This document shows positions 19,291 through 29,382 of a DNA stretch of 64,000 nt, in pieces. Position numbers and translations under genes: made by a program. How positions within the stretch are numbered: the stretch's first letter is position 1; each line of letters opens with the position of its first letter. Under the pieces are notes generated by a model that searched no databases, had not been told where the DNA came from, and saw only the letters and a program-made list of their open reading frames with translations. Source of the stretch: an uncultured Candidatus Saccharibacteria bacterium (GTDB lineage: Bacteria > Patescibacteriota > Minisyncoccia > Phycocordibacterales > CAIZLB01); the NCBI GenBank assembly GCA_964550955.1, contig CAZKAF010000001.1, forward strand, positions 632,126 through 696,125. Direction: 5' to 3'.

Positions 19291-19358
19291 ATGCGCTGCT
19301 GATAAATAGTACATGAAAATAGCAAAAAATCAAAGGTTATACTACTATTACTGAAATA

Positions 19359-20834
19359 ATGATTAATGAAGAGGTAAAAATCAATAAAACAAAGGTTCCG
19401 GACGACGTTCGAGAGGCAGTAAAAGTCCTTAAATCAAAGGGTTTTGAGGCCTTTTTGGTGGGCGGATGCGTTCGGGATCTCATCATGGGCAATGAGCCGA
19501 AAGACTGGGATATAACCACAAACGCTCGACCTGAAGAAATTATTGAGATTTTCCCAAAAACTTTCTATGAAAACTCGTTTGGTACCGTTGGCATAGTGAA
19601 TGAATTGACAGGAAACGTAGTGGAGGCAACGCCTTATAGAACGGAGGGCACATATACAGATAAAAGACATCCGGATCAGGTATCTTTCAGCACGGATATA
19701 AAGGACGATTTGCAAAGGCGCGACTTTACCATGAATGCCATCGCGTACGACGTTGAAAATGACGAAATCGTGGACATGTACGAAGGGATTGGAGACATTC
19801 GGACGAAAACTATCCGGGCGGTAGGGGACGCAAAAAGGAGATTTGAGGAAGACGGCCTCAGAATACTGCGCGCAGTAAGATTTTCAGCTCAATTAGGTTT
19901 CATGATTAACATTGAGACGGAAAAATCACTAATTGATTCACGTGAAACGCTGGAATACATAGCAAAAGAGAGAATCAGGGATGAATTTTCAAAAATCATA
20001 GCCTCAAAATCGCCAATGATAGGGCTGATATTGTGCCAGAAATATGGCTTGCTGAAATATATTGTCCCTGAACTGGAAGAAGGATTGCACACGAAGCAAA
20101 ACCAGGCCCATTCATATGGAGTTTTCGAGCACTTGCTCAGAAGCCTTCAATGCGCGGCAGACAAGGACTATTCGTTTGAAATACGGCTTGCCGCGCTGTT
20201 TCATGACATCGGAAAGCCTAAATCAAGGCGATATTCGAAGGAAAAAGGGGATTATACTTTCTACGGCCACGAGGTAATCGGGGCTGAAATGGCTAAAAGC
20301 ATCATGGAAAGGCTGAATTACCCCCGAAAGACGATCGACCTTGTCCACAAGCTGGTCAGATGGCACATGTTCTTCTCGGACACCGAGCAGATAACCTTAT
20401 CCGCAGTGCGCAGAATGATTGCTAACGTGGGGCAGGAACACATATGGGACTTGATGAACTTGCGAATCTGCGACCGAGTGGGGACAGGCAGACCGAAAGA
20501 AAATCCGTATAGGCTGCGAAAATACACCGCCATGATTGAGGAGGTTCTTCGGGACCCGATTAGCGTTGGAATGCTCAAAATAGACGGAAATACCCTTATT
20601 TCAGAGCTGCATATTGCTCCGGGCAGGAAAATAGGCCTTATTCTGAACGCCTTGCTGGAAGAGGTAATTGAAAACCCGACGTTAAACACTGCTGATTACT
20701 TGATCAAAAAAGCCAAAGAACTGGCCAGGCAGGATGAAATGTTACTTGTGAAACTAGCAGAAAAGGGCAAACAAGCGCAGCAAATCAAGGAAAAAGAGGC
20801 TTCGGATGCGATAAAAAGGAAATATCATATATAA
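19359..20834 (+). CDS. cca: CCA-adding enzyme / tRNA nucleotidyltransferase with HD domain
   Basis: FLVGGCVRDLIMG...DWDITT (PolA head domain), RRDFTMNAIAYD, and the HD motif LFHDIGKPKS. 491 aa. Located adjacent to the tRNA cluster. Confidence 0.85.
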   Translation: MINEEVKINKTKVPDDVREAVKVLKSKGFEAFLVGGCVRDLIMGNEPKDWDITTNARPEEIIEIFPKTFYENSFGTVGIVNELTGNVVEATPYRTEGTYTDKRHPDQVSFSTDIKDDLQRRDFTMNAIAYDVENDEIVDMYEGIGDIRTKTIRAVGDAKRRFEEDGLRILRAVRFSAQLGFMINIETEKSLIDSRETLEYIAKERIRDEFSKIIASKSPMIGLILCQKYGLLKYIVPELEEGLHTKQNQAHSYGVFEHLLRSLQCAADKDYSFEIRLAALFHDIGKPKSRRYSKEKGDYTFYGHEVIGAEMAKSIMERLNYPRKTIDLVHKLVRWHMFFSDTEQITLSAVRRMIANVGQEHIWDLMNLRICDRVGTGRPKENPYRLRKYTAMIEEVLRDPISVGMLKIDGNTLISELHIAPGRKIGLILNALLEEVIENPTLNTADYLIKKAKELARQDEMLLVKLAEKGKQAQQIKEKEASDAIKRKYHI

Positions 20835-20861
20835 GCGCATAGCGAAAAGCGACGGAAGAAA

Positions 20862-20898
20862 GGGTATGTTACATGTGTAACATACCCAAGCTTTTTTA
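20862..20898 (+). terminator. intrinsic terminator after cca: 26-nt perfect palindrome GGGTATGTTACA-TG-TGTAACATACCC followed by a T6 tract
   Basis: 12-bp perfect arms with a 2-nt loop, then aagcTTTTTTagg. Confidence 0.5.
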
Positions 20899-21395
20899 GG
20901 CCCTTAAGCCTTAAACCTTAAACCCGGATAACTGCAGATAAAAAATAGAATAAAAAAAGCCGACCTTGGGGAAGTACGGGCGGAGGAAAGATTAGGACCA
21001 ACCAAAGAACAAGTGTGATAATTAGTGGTGAAAAAGCGCCAGTACCCCAAAGTCGACTTTGGAGGATTGAGCGAACTTATATGCAGATATTCTTTAATCA
21101 TGTCTTTAAGACCCTACTCGGAATCTATGAGACAGAATCTCAACATAAAAGTTCACTCAAGCCTCGATGACCGGGAAACCTTTTGTTTGTTTGCTTGAGG
21201 AGAAAGCGGGAAATAGCATGGGGCAGAAATCCTGAAAAATAAAGATATGTGAGATTTTGTCCCTTAATCTAAATCTTGCTTATCCTTAGCGATGTGGAAA
21301 GAACAGTGCTTCAAGTCGAACGCTTACCTGTCCTTTATTCTATTTTTAAAAAGACATCGTGTAAAGGACAATTCGAGCGGACTCTGTGGATAACC

Positions 21396-22181
21396 CTAAA
21401 TACTGAGCGTCATGCTCACGGGACAGTGATCCGAACCGAGTATCTCGTCGTGAATTTCAACGTCTTTTAGCTTATTAAGCAGTCCTTTAGATATAAAGAA
21501 CGTATCAATTCTCCAACCGATGTTTCTTTCGCGGGCATATGTCTTCATGTCCCACCATGTATACCTGGCAACATCAGGATATAAGTGCCTGTACGCATCG
21601 GTAAGTCCTATAGACAGGAATTCGTCCAGCTTAGCTCTCTCTTCAGGCAAAAAGCCGATATTGCCCTGATTCTCCTTGAAACGAGTAGCGTCAATTTCAT
21701 TATGGACAATGTTGAAATCACCGCATACCACCAGCTCTTTTCCTAGTGCAAGGATGTCCTTAATATGGTTCATGAATGCTGCATAGAACTCAAGCTTATA
21801 GGACAGCCGTTCCGACGCACCTCCGCCGTTGGGGAAATAGCAGTTTATAAGGACAAAGTCCTCATACTCGACTTGATAGAATCGGCCCTCTTGGTCAAAA
21901 ATGTCTTTTGCAAGATTAAAGCTGTCCTTTGTATTCAAAATAGAATCTTCAGTTATATTTTTTGTATATATTGCAACGCCGCTGTAGCCTTTCTTCAGCT
22001 TTGAGTGGTCAAAAAATGTCCTATATCCCTCAGGATTGCGAATTTCCTCAGTCAACTGGTCAGGATGCGCTTTTGTCTCCTGAAAGCAAAGGACATCTGC
22101 ATTTTGTCCGATAACCCATTCAAAAGCGCCTTTCTTTGACCAAGCGCGAATCCCGTTCACGTTCCAAGTAATGATTTTCAT
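21396..22181 (-). CDS. xth: exodeoxyribonuclease III (AP endonuclease)
   Basis: MKIITWNVNGIRAW..., DVLCFQETK, and the C-terminal SDHCPV are canonical Xth/EEP motifs. The ORF-track start at 22196 adds 5 aa. Confidence 0.9.
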   Translation of the reverse strand: MKIITWNVNGIRAWSKKGAFEWVIGQNADVLCFQETKAHPDQLTEEIRNPEGYRTFFDHSKLKKGYSGVAIYTKNITEDSILNTKDSFNLAKDIFDQEGRFYQVEYEDFVLINCYFPNGGGASERLSYKLEFYAAFMNHIKDILALGKELVVCGDFNIVHNEIDATRFKENQGNIGFLPEERAKLDEFLSIGLTDAYRHLYPDVARYTWWDMKTYARERNIGWRIDTFFISKGLLNKLKDVEIHDEILGSDHCPVSMTLSI

Positions 22182-22230
22182 GAAACAATTATACACAAAT
22201 AACTCTTTTTCGAACCCAAAAGGCTTAAAT

Positions 22231-23184
22231 TTAGCTGCGCCCTTCGCTTGAACGTCTTTGCTTGCTGTGAAACGCCTTATGCACCTCTTTTAGATGCCTG
22301 TCAGTAACATGGGTATAGATTTGAGTGGTGGAAATGTTGGCATGGCCAAGCAGCGCCTGAACCGAGCGGAGGTCCGCGCCGTTTTGAAGCAAATCGGTGG
22401 CAAAACTGTGCCTGATGACGTGAGGAGTAACTTTTTTTGAGATTCCCGCCTTAATCGCGTACTCGCTCACAAGCCTTTCGACGGTGCGCGGCGTAATCTC
22501 AAAGAGGCGCCCGCCCGTAAGGTCTTTTCTCTGTGACAAATAGGCTTTCACGGCCGTTTTTGCCTCTTCGGTGAGGAAAACGACGCGCACCTTCTCGCCT
22601 TTGCCTCGAACAGAGAACTCATCCTTGGTAAGATCCAAATCACGAGGAAGCGAGCAAACCTCGGAGACTCGAAGACCTGTCGAAAACAGCATTTCGAGCA
22701 GCGCCTTGTCGCGAAAGCGCTTGGAATCGTCAGTTTCCTCGTCCGGACCACCCAACAGCCGTTCCAGCTCGTCCGAAGTTATGAGGTCCAGTGACCTTTC
22801 CGGGACCCGGGCAAGCTCTATATTGTCGGCAGCCAACGACTTGATGGACCTCTTCGTCAGGTATTTGAAGAATGAGCGCAGGGCGATGAGGTAGTAATTT
22901 TGAGTCCTTTTCTTGAGAGTTTGGTTATTTAAAGCATATTTTGAGCCGCTATCCCGGGACCCGACGACCTTTCTGTTCAGCCACAGGCGATATTCTCTCA
23001 AGATTTCAGGCGTAATCTGAGCTGGATCAAGGGAACCGAGGCCCTTGTCATCTTTCAAATACCCAAGAAACGTTGATATATAACGGTCATAATTCTCAAT
23101 GGTCTTGATGGACCGGCCTTTTTCAATCTCCGTATACTCAAGAAATTGCCTCTTAAGTTGATTTAAATCTAGATTTTGCGACAT
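22231..23184 (-). CDS. xerC: tyrosine site-specific recombinase XerC/XerD
   Basis: R...HxxR...Y catalytic motifs: GLRVSE, HVIRHSFATDLLQNGADLRSVQALLGHANISTTQIYTHV. 317 aa. Confidence 0.85.
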   Translation of the reverse strand: MSQNLDLNQLKRQFLEYTEIEKGRSIKTIENYDRYISTFLGYLKDDKGLGSLDPAQITPEILREYRLWLNRKVVGSRDSGSKYALNNQTLKKRTQNYYLIALRSFFKYLTKRSIKSLAADNIELARVPERSLDLITSDELERLLGGPDEETDDSKRFRDKALLEMLFSTGLRVSEVCSLPRDLDLTKDEFSVRGKGEKVRVVFLTEEAKTAVKAYLSQRKDLTGGRLFEITPRTVERLVSEYAIKAGISKKVTPHVIRHSFATDLLQNGADLRSVQALLGHANISTTQIYTHVTDRHLKEVHKAFHSKQRRSSEGRS

Positions 23185-23245
23185 GCTCGATACCAGTATA
23201 CCAGATATTGCCTTATTTGAGCTTGTGTGATAGTATCACGCCATC

Positions 23246-23521
23246 ATGCTTACAAAGACTAAGAAGCAAAAAGTTATCAAAGCCGTAGCCATGCACGACG
23301 AGGACACGGGCTCTGCCGCTGTTCAGATTGGCATCCTGTCTAAAAGAATCGAGGAACTTACAGGTCACCTCAAGACTCACAAGAAGGATCAGCATTCTCG
23401 AAGAGGCCTCCTGCAGCTTGTCGCGGACAGGCAGAAACATATGAAATATCTCCAGAAAAAGGACATGAAAGCATATGAGACTGTCATCAAGAAACTGGAG
23501 CTCAAGAAAAAAACTTCATAG
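23246..23521 (+). CDS. rpsO: 30S ribosomal protein S15
   Basis: 91 aa. GSAAVQIGILSKRIEELTGHLKTHKKDQHSRRGLLQLV is canonical S15. Confidence 0.95.
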   Translation: MLTKTKKQKVIKAVAMHDEDTGSAAVQIGILSKRIEELTGHLKTHKKDQHSRRGLLQLVADRQKHMKYLQKKDMKAYETVIKKLELKKKTS

Positions 23522-23530
23522 TAGCCCTGA

Positions 23531-23557
23531 AAACCTGCTGTCCGCAGGTTTTCGCTT
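23531..23557 (+). terminator. intrinsic terminator after rpsO
   Basis: aaacctgc-tgtcc-gcaggttt hairpin plus a T-rich tail. Confidence 0.5.
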
Positions 23558-23784
23558 TCATCGCTGAACCGCAGCGGCCAGCCGGGTTGTTAATAAGTCA
23601 GGCATGCAAGCATGAGTCAGGTGTATAATTAAGAAGCGCGAAGCCGAGAAAGCTTGGCGCGAAGAAGGCAAGCGAATTGCCTGCCGAACGCATTTTCATA
23701 AACTTTGACAGGACCAGGAAGAGAGTCGGAACGAACGGCGCATCTTTTTGAAGATTTTTAGCAAATTTAACTAATTTAAATATA

Positions 23785-24582
23785 ATGACAGTAATTAAAC
23801 ATAAGGAACAGCGAGTTGGCATCTTCATAGATACGCAAAACCTGTACCACAGCGCGAAGAACCTATATCACGGACGAGTGAACTTCGGAGCGATCATGAA
23901 GGAGGTGGTTGCGGGAAGAAGCCTCATTCGAGCCGTCGCATACGTAATAACGACGGAAAGCGGGGAAGAGAAGAACTTTTTCGAGGCGCTTGAAAAGATA
24001 GGCATTGAGACGAAGACGAAGAACATTCAGATATTCAATAGCGGCGCCAAGAAGGCGGACTGGGATGTCGGGCTTGCCGTTGACGCCATCAAGATGGCTC
24101 CGAAGCTCGATACGATCATAATCGCATCGGGAGACGGGGACTTCATACCGCTTGTCGAGTACTTGCAGACGAATGAAGGGTGTCAAGTCGAGGTGATCGC
24201 ATTCGGCAAATCATCGTCGGGAAGACTCAGGGAAGTTGCGGACGACTTCATCGACATGTGCCAGAATCCCAAGAAATACATCATCCAAGGCCATTCTCCT
24301 CAATATTCCGAAGAAATGCCGCCGCAAAGAATGGCGCAGGCATCTCAAGCAAATGGAAATCATCCGACGGCGCGACAGCAGAATTCGCAAGCGTCGACCG
24401 TTCAGCGTCCGGCTCAGCTGGCCGAAAAGGCAATCCGACAGCCAGTCAAAAGACAAATGGGTCCTGCGAAGAAGCCACTGACCAGGCCAACAAGAGCTCC
24501 GAAGAGTCAGGACGACGGGGAATTCATAACTTCAGCGGATTTAAATACAATTTTTGAAGGAAAAAAGAGAAGAAGAGGATAA
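23785..24582 (+). CDS. NYN-domain (LabA-like) putative RNase with Gln/Pro-rich C-terminal tail
   Basis: GIFIDTQNLYHSAKNL...RAVAYV...IIASGDGDF matches the NYN/LabA PIN-like fold. About 90-aa low-complexity C-terminus. Confidence 0.7.
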   Translation: MTVIKHKEQRVGIFIDTQNLYHSAKNLYHGRVNFGAIMKEVVAGRSLIRAVAYVITTESGEEKNFFEALEKIGIETKTKNIQIFNSGAKKADWDVGLAVDAIKMAPKLDTIIIASGDGDFIPLVEYLQTNEGCQVEVIAFGKSSSGRLREVADDFIDMCQNPKKYIIQGHSPQYSEEMPPQRMAQASQANGNHPTARQQNSQASTVQRPAQLAEKAIRQPVKRQMGPAKKPLTRPTRAPKSQDDGEFITSADLNTIFEGKKRRRG

Positions 24583-24615
24583 TGCACATAATGTTGAGAG
24601 AGAAGTTGGTGTATA

Positions 24616-25797
24616 ATGGCAAGGAACATTATGGACGATCGCTCAACAAATCCACAAAGCAAATATTCGTTTCCGAATTCTGACCAAAATATTCCGGGCG
24701 CGTCTAATGAGCGAAATCTGAATCCGTACATTCCTTCTCCTGACGAAATAAGAGATGCCATGGAACGAAAAAGGGCTGAGGAGCAGAAGCCCGTAGTGCA
24801 CATCTTTGACGCGCTTCGGCAAGAAAAGCAGGAAGAGGGCGGAGAAAGAAGAATAAGGACGTATCAGGCAGACATAGCCGATTCAATCAAGAATGACAAC
24901 GTCTCGATGATCAAGATCGCGATGTCTGAAAAGAACAGGCAGGACCAGCGAGGCACGCTTGACCAGGCAATCGAATCCCGAAAAATAAGCAGCTTTGTCT
25001 TGTTCGGGGGAATAGCAGTATTCTTTCTCCTAATCCTCATCGGGGTGGGCGTATATCTCATGCTCGGAATCGAGAAGCTGACGCCCCTTCAGATACAGAA
25101 TCAGCAATCGATGGAACCCCTGATTTATACCGAGGATCAAGTGCAGATCAGCATCGACGACAGGGAACGGGACGACATCATAAGCCTGGTCAAGAAAGGC
25201 AAGGATTCTGACGTTGAATACGGCGACACGAGAAGACTGAGCATGACTACGGGCCTTGGCACGAGCACCCGCTTCATAACGACCGCCGAATTCTTTGGCG
25301 TCCTGCGAGCCAGGGCATCCGACGCGCTAATCAGGTCGCTTGATCCGAATTTCTTGCTGGGAGTATACGCGTTCAGCCCGCCGGACCTCTTTTTAATATT
25401 CAGGACAAATTTTTATGACGGATCTTTCGCATCAATGCTTGAATGGGAAGCAAGCATCGAAAGCGACATCGGGCAGATGTTCATAAACAAGGTAATACCG
25501 AGAGAAGTAGTCCAGACAACTTCGCCGACAGCAATCACCGACGGAACATCCACGGACGCCACGAGCACCGTCGACAGCGTCGAATATACCGATCAGAATT
25601 CTCCTTTCTTCTTCTCGCGAAACAGGTTCGTGGACAAGGTGATACAGAATAAGGACTCAAGAGCGCTCGTTGACGAAAACGGCAACGTCTTGATGCTTTA
25701 CACGTTCATCGACAAGGAGACGCTCGTGATAGCGTCAAGCGAATCAGCCCTCAAGGAAGTCATGTTCAGGGTCACGACAGGGAGAATAATACGATAA
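24616..25797 (+). CDS. hypothetical bitopic membrane protein
   Basis: 393 aa with a disordered N-terminus, a single TM (FVLFGGIAVFFLLILIGVGVYLML) and a ~230-aa C-terminal domain of unknown function. Confidence 0.4.
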   Translation: MARNIMDDRSTNPQSKYSFPNSDQNIPGASNERNLNPYIPSPDEIRDAMERKRAEEQKPVVHIFDALRQEKQEEGGERRIRTYQADIADSIKNDNVSMIKIAMSEKNRQDQRGTLDQAIESRKISSFVLFGGIAVFFLLILIGVGVYLMLGIEKLTPLQIQNQQSMEPLIYTEDQVQISIDDRERDDIISLVKKGKDSDVEYGDTRRLSMTTGLGTSTRFITTAEFFGVLRARASDALIRSLDPNFLLGVYAFSPPDLFLIFRTNFYDGSFASMLEWEASIESDIGQMFINKVIPREVVQTTSPTAITDGTSTDATSTVDSVEYTDQNSPFFFSRNRFVDKVIQNKDSRALVDENGNVLMLYTFIDKETLVIASSESALKEVMFRVTTGRIIR

Positions 25798-25907
25798 ATC
25801 AACGCGCGCATGTACGCAGAGGATTTCCTCACGCTTGCCCGCAGGCCGGATACAGTCCTCATGCAAAATTCATTGGAATCTCATGCCCGGTTTGATATGA
25901 TAGATGC

Positions 25908-26267
25908 ATGAACCTAGACTTACACCATTTCAAAAATCTATTACTCGAGGAGAAGAAAGTTCTTGAAAAAGAACTGGAGCCCATTGCCGACTCCAAGGCT
26001 CCGGGCGAATGGGAAACAGAACCTGTCGAAGGAGTAGACACGGCGGACCGCGAAGACGTCGCGAATTCGATCGAGGAATACGTATCGAAAGATGAAACGG
26101 TGAGAATTCTGGAAACGCAGCTCAACGAAGTGCTGAACGCGCTGCAGAAAATTGAAGCGGGAACGTACGGCATTTGCGAAATAAGCGGAGAGAGCATCGA
26201 AGTCGACAGGCTTGAGGCAAACCCCTCGGCAAGGACGTGCAAGGAACACATGAACGCAGCGCATTAA
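25908..26267 (+). CDS. DksA/TraR-family C4-type zinc-finger protein
   Basis: 119 aa. Coiled-coil N-terminal part and C-terminal CEISGESIEVDRLEANPSARTCKEH (TraR/DksA C4 zinc finger). Confidence 0.6.
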   Translation: MNLDLHHFKNLLLEEKKVLEKELEPIADSKAPGEWETEPVEGVDTADREDVANSIEEYVSKDETVRILETQLNEVLNALQKIEAGTYGICEISGESIEVDRLEANPSARTCKEHMNAAH

Positions 26268-27940
26268 AAAAACGCTCGCATCTCCAAACATTGATTAAAA
26301 TATTTAGCATCGGTCACTTCAAGAGTGACGTTTTTCCCATTGAAATCGAAATTGACATTTCAAGGGGAATATTCAGGTTTGACATCATCGGCCTCGGAGA
26401 CAAGGCGGTGGAGGAATCCAAGCCGAGAATATTGTCCGCCCTGAAAAACTCCGGATTCAAGATAAACAAGGCAACGGAAAAAATAGTAGTCCTCCTCAGT
26501 CCGGCAAACAAGAAGAAGGAAGGCTCGCATTTTGATTTGCCCATTGCCATGGCTTTTCTTGAGAAAAAGAAATTGCTCGGCGGCGCATTGAAAAATAAGC
26601 AGGCGAAAAGCCTTGCGAGCGGTCCCGAGAGCGAGTTCGTCATTCTCGGAGAATTATCCCTGAACGCGCAAGTGAAATCCGTGCAGAGATGCCACGAGTA
26701 CGTATTCCATGCCCTTAAAAACAAATTCGAACAGATCATCATCTCCAAAGAAGACGAGGCGAGCGTCTCGAAGTGCACCGAGGCATACAGGGCGGTTTCG
26801 AGCAGGTTCAGCATTTATTCAGCAGACAATATCCGAGATGCGATTGCCGTGCTGAGCGGCGAAAGACCTTCGAAAGAAGCGTTCATGAGCCATGATTCGA
26901 ACATTGGTTCAGATGAGGAAACAGGCAGGATGTCGTCCGATGCCGAACCGCATGCCGACAGAAATCAGTCATTCAGGGAATCCTACAAGATCGATTCTGT
27001 CCGGGGCCAGCATCATGCCAAGAGAGCCTTGGAAATATCCCTTTCAGGAAACCATCACCTGCTCATCTGCGGAACGCCGGGCACGGGAAAGACGATGATC
27101 GCGCATTCTTCCGAAGATTTCATCGTGACGAGATCGCATTCAGACGACCGCGACGAAGAAGCGTTCGACAGTTTTAATGAGATATCGCGAAACTTGGATG
27201 CTGAAAAATCTTCGCTCGGAAGCGCAAGCCGTCCGCACCATACCGCAAGCTACAGCGAGCTTATCGGATCGAGGGCAAAGCAAGGCCTCATCGGCAAGCT
27301 TGCCGGCGGCATGCTCATCATGGATGAGTGGACCGAGTTCGACCGAAGAGCAATCGAAAGCTTGAGACAGCCCCTTGAGGAAGGGAGGCTGTTCGGCAAG
27401 GACGTGCATTTTATCTGCATAGCGACGGCGAATCCCTGCCCGTGCGGATATTTCAATTCCAGGAAAAAATGCAGCTGCGCGAAGCCGCAAACCGACAGGT
27501 ACAGAAGCAGGCTGTTCGGACCTGCTTCTCAAAGGTTCGACATGCTTGTCTACACGAGCGAATTCAGCCGCTCGAACTTCGATGCTGATTCGAAAAAGAT
27601 TGCCGCGGGCATGACGGACATCACAGGCAGAAGAATTCAGGGGTCCATCTATGCGGCGGGCAAAATCAGGAAGCTGAGACTCGACCGAATAAAATCCTCA
27701 AGGCCGAGCGTTTCAGGAAGAAAAGAAATCAGGAAGTGCGTCGCCGAAACGGCGCATGGCGAGCTGAGCGCCGACTCGAAAGAGTGTTTCCATGAGCTGG
27801 CCGCGGTCCACAAATTAAATCCGCGGCTTTCAGACGCGCTGATTCTTGTCGCCAGAACCATAGCCGACATCGAACGAAGCGAGACAATAGAAAAAGACCA
27901 CCTGCTTGAGGCGGCCGGCTTCATATTTAAATCGCAGTAG
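26237..27940 (+). CDS. comM: YifB/ComM-family Mg-chelatase-like AAA+ ATPase
   Basis: N-terminal Lon-like domain (EGSHFDLPIAMAFL), Walker A CGTPGTGKTM, RPHHTAS, Walker B IMDEWTEF, ANPCPCGY and RYRSRLFGP. The ORF-track start overlaps dksA; the real start is more likely the TTG near 26291. Confidence 0.85.
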   Translation: MQGTHERSALKKRSHLQTLIKIFSIGHFKSDVFPIEIEIDISRGIFRFDIIGLGDKAVEESKPRILSALKNSGFKINKATEKIVVLLSPANKKKEGSHFDLPIAMAFLEKKKLLGGALKNKQAKSLASGPESEFVILGELSLNAQVKSVQRCHEYVFHALKNKFEQIIISKEDEASVSKCTEAYRAVSSRFSIYSADNIRDAIAVLSGERPSKEAFMSHDSNIGSDEETGRMSSDAEPHADRNQSFRESYKIDSVRGQHHAKRALEISLSGNHHLLICGTPGTGKTMIAHSSEDFIVTRSHSDDRDEEAFDSFNEISRNLDAEKSSLGSASRPHHTASYSELIGSRAKQGLIGKLAGGMLIMDEWTEFDRRAIESLRQPLEEGRLFGKDVHFICIATANPCPCGYFNSRKKCSCAKPQTDRYRSRLFGPASQRFDMLVYTSEFSRSNFDADSKKIAAGMTDITGRRIQGSIYAAGKIRKLRLDRIKSSRPSVSGRKEIRKCVAETAHGELSADSKECFHELAAVHKLNPRLSDALILVARTIADIERSETIEKDHLLEAAGFIFKSQ

Positions 27941-28035
27941 AATCATTTGCGGCCCTCGCGGGGGCGGCGGACCTGAGTCCAGCCTCGCCGCTGGTCGAGC
28001 CCGGAGAGGCCGGCGCCGCATCGAACAACTAGAGA

Positions 28036-29115
28036 TTAGAACGGGTTTCTGCCTCCTCGAACCTCGAAGTGCACGTGCACGCCGGTTGATCGGCCCGTAT
28101 TGCCCATCTTTCCAATAGCCTGGCCCTTTGAGACAGTCTGACCGACGCTCGTATCAACCTTGTCCAAATGCGCATATAGAGTCTGCATGCCGTTAGAATG
28201 CTGAATCACGATATAGCTGCCGTACCCGCCGTTCCAGCCGCCTTCTCGGGCAATAACAACCTTGCCGGCAGCGGCGGCATAAATAGGAGCCCTAAGCGAA
28301 GAAGCGATGTCGACTCCGTTATTTCCGTGAATGCCCTGCGTTCTGATGCCTCCCGAAACAGGCCGAGTGAAGTAACCCGTTGAATCAACGATTTTCGAAG
28401 CGACAGTGCTTATTTTCTGCGACGAAGCCTTCTTGCTGTCAGCAAGCTTCTTGTCCTCCTCGGCCTTCTTCTTGTTTTCAGCCAATGTCAGCGAGCCTTC
28501 AGCGTCAGGAATGATGACGGCGTCTCCGACCGCGAGCTTCGCATCCTCCTCAAGGTTGTTGAACCGGGCAAGCTCGCTGATATCGCTTCCGTAAGCTTTT
28601 GCCACCGATGCCAAAGTATCGCCTTTTTTGACGGTATATTGAACGCTTGAGATAGGCATGATTACCAGAACCTGATCAGGCTGAAGGGCGACGCCCCGCT
28701 TCAGGTCGTTTGCCCAAAGAATGGTGCTGACATTGACGTTATACATGCGGGCAATCTGCTCAATAGTGTCGCCTCTCCTGACAGAATACAGACTTATCCG
28801 ATCTGAATTGATATTCTTGTCGAATAAGTCCGTTTCGCCCTTTACTGTAGCGGTATTTTCATTCGTTAAGGCCTTCCCGTCAACGATGGATGACTCCGCC
28901 TTGAGCTGCTGCCGAATCGCCACGGAAGTGGACGCCGAGACATCGGGGATGCGCGCCGCGCTCAGAAGGCTCATGGTCTGGATATTTCTGTCCACAAGCC
29001 GTATCTCGTCTATTTTCTCGACGCTCCTGCTCTCAAAAACCGAAGACAGGATGGAGAACATGTCAGCGGAAGACTCCTTCGGGAAAAAAGTTAATCCGAG
29101 AACCGAAACGGCCAA
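28036..29115 (-). CDS. M23-family peptidoglycan endopeptidase with two LysM domains
   Basis: Two LysM repeats (YSVRRGDTIEQIARMYNVNVSTILWAN; YTVKKGDTLASVAKAYGSDISELARFN) and an M23 core (HGNNGVDIA...YAHL...GNTGRSTGVHVHFEV). N-terminal signal/TM. Confidence 0.85.
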   Translation of the reverse strand: MAVSVLGLTFFPKESSADMFSILSSVFESRSVEKIDEIRLVDRNIQTMSLLSAARIPDVSASTSVAIRQQLKAESSIVDGKALTNENTATVKGETDLFDKNINSDRISLYSVRRGDTIEQIARMYNVNVSTILWANDLKRGVALQPDQVLVIMPISSVQYTVKKGDTLASVAKAYGSDISELARFNNLEEDAKLAVGDAVIIPDAEGSLTLAENKKKAEEDKKLADSKKASSQKISTVASKIVDSTGYFTRPVSGGIRTQGIHGNNGVDIASSLRAPIYAAAAGKVVIAREGGWNGGYGSYIVIQHSNGMQTLYAHLDKVDTSVGQTVSKGQAIGKMGNTGRSTGVHVHFEVRGGRNPF

Positions 29116-29382
29116 AACAGAACAGATGCCGACAGCGGATTTCGTTCGCCATAGAACATGTTTCGTATTTGTCGCCTGAGGATGTGGAAAAGAGGAGTTA
29201 TCCAGAGGGTCTTGAGGGGGTTTTAAAATGCGTTTTAGGTTAAGTTGTAAGCTCTGATTTCTGAAATACAGCCTAAAATAAAGGCTTTATTGGAACTGGA
29301 TATGCGGTTACAGTACATGGTATTGGATAAAGGGCCTATTTGTCAATATCTTGCTAAGGGGGTAAAATATTGGGGAATATTT

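Noticed and set aside
20899-21395. About 500-bp non-coding gap between cca and xth as an ncRNA locus
   Set aside because: No conserved ncRNA motifs were recognised by eye and the ORFs there are short and low-complexity. Left unannotated. An Infernal/Rfam scan would be needed.
26237-26290. Apparent 31-nt overlap between dksA/traR-like gene and comM
   Set aside because: Probably an ORF-track artefact from the first in-frame Met. A TTG start near 26291, just after the upstream stop, fits the conserved ComM N-terminus (IKIFSIGH...) better.
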